Positions 63,599 to 64,000 of a stretch of 64,000 nt of DNA are shown piece after piece. The notes beneath the pieces are model-generated. The model saw nothing but the letters and a program-made list of their open reading frames with translations, did no database searches and was not told where the DNA came from. Position 1 is the stretch's first letter, and every line of letters starts with the position of its first letter. Location: IMG/VR virus record IMGVR_UViG_3300050821_002957, positions 62,001 through 126,000 of that record. One strand, 5' to 3'. Position numbers and translations under genes: made by a program.

Positions 63599-64000
63599 CT
63601 ATTTAGAAAGAGCGTGTACTACTTTCTGAGGATTGACGTGATACCAACCGGAACAATGCAGACAGTTGATTTCGCCGACTTTGAGTCCTTTGTCAGTCTT
63701 AAAAATGTCAATGACGTAGCTGTCAGTAGCGAAGGGGAACTTTTCTACCATGCGTTGGGCGTAGCTGGTGACGTACCAATTCTCGTCGGCATTGGAATAC
63801 TGAATGTCACCATTGCGGACGTATTGGGAAGCTGAGACTACTTCACCGTTAATGACCCAGACTCGCCATTCATCAGTGATCGTTTTGACCGGCGCAGTGA
63901 CGAACAGAGAATCGCCATTGATCGGATGCCAGTCGTGATGATGTGGATTAGAATCGTTTTCTCGATCTTCTGTAAAACCACGAACCCAATCCGGCCATGC
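63599..64000 (-). CDS. ATP-grasp protein, DUF4343/R2K-like (start outside the window)
   Basis: Manual translation: EWRVWVINGEVVSASQY...YVIDIFKTDKGLKVGEINCLHCSGWY. Confidence 0.75.
   Translation of the reverse strand, partial: AWPDWVRGFTEDRENDSNPHHHDWHPINGDSLFVTAPVKTITDEWRVWVINGEVVSASQYVRNGDIQYSNADENWYVTSYAQRMVEKFPFATDSYVIDIFKTDKGLKVGEINCLHCSGWYHVNPQKVVHALSK

Noticed and set aside
1-64000. Stop-codon reassignment or suppressor tRNA
   Set aside because: Conserved genes are intact in the standard code and end in TAG, TGA or TAA; no CTA, TTA or TCA anticodon was seen.

Overview
The window is part of a large T4-like (myovirus) phage genome using the standard code; an Acidobacteriota-like soil host is a weak inference. 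1-7 kb: small + strand early genes behind sigma70-type promoters. 7-40 kb (- strand): virion module with two putative head-packaged polyproteins, neck gp13, signal-peptide-bearing fibre/propeller proteins, a 2261-aa DUF4815/VrlC-like protein, and baseplate gp8, gp7, gp6, gp25 and gp5, mostly behind (A/C)TAAATA late promoters. 41-64 kb: accessory region with an AAA+ ATPase, a PRTase, a full-length major vault protein (MVP) homologue and a tRNA array restricted to Leu, Ser, Pro and Gly. Five free-standing homing endonucleases are spread across the window. Main candidates for new biology: (1) an unannotated 31-codon leader peptide in front of the tRNA array, made mostly of Leu/Ser/Pro codons (all six Leu codons) and embedded in an RNA three-way junction, suggesting a tRNA-depletion-sensing attenuator; (2) a phage-encoded MVP; (3) a circularly permuted tRNA-Leu inside a ~390-nt structured RNA, plus other non-canonical tRNA-like RNAs. 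All calls were made by eye from motifs and manual base-pairing; no searches were run.
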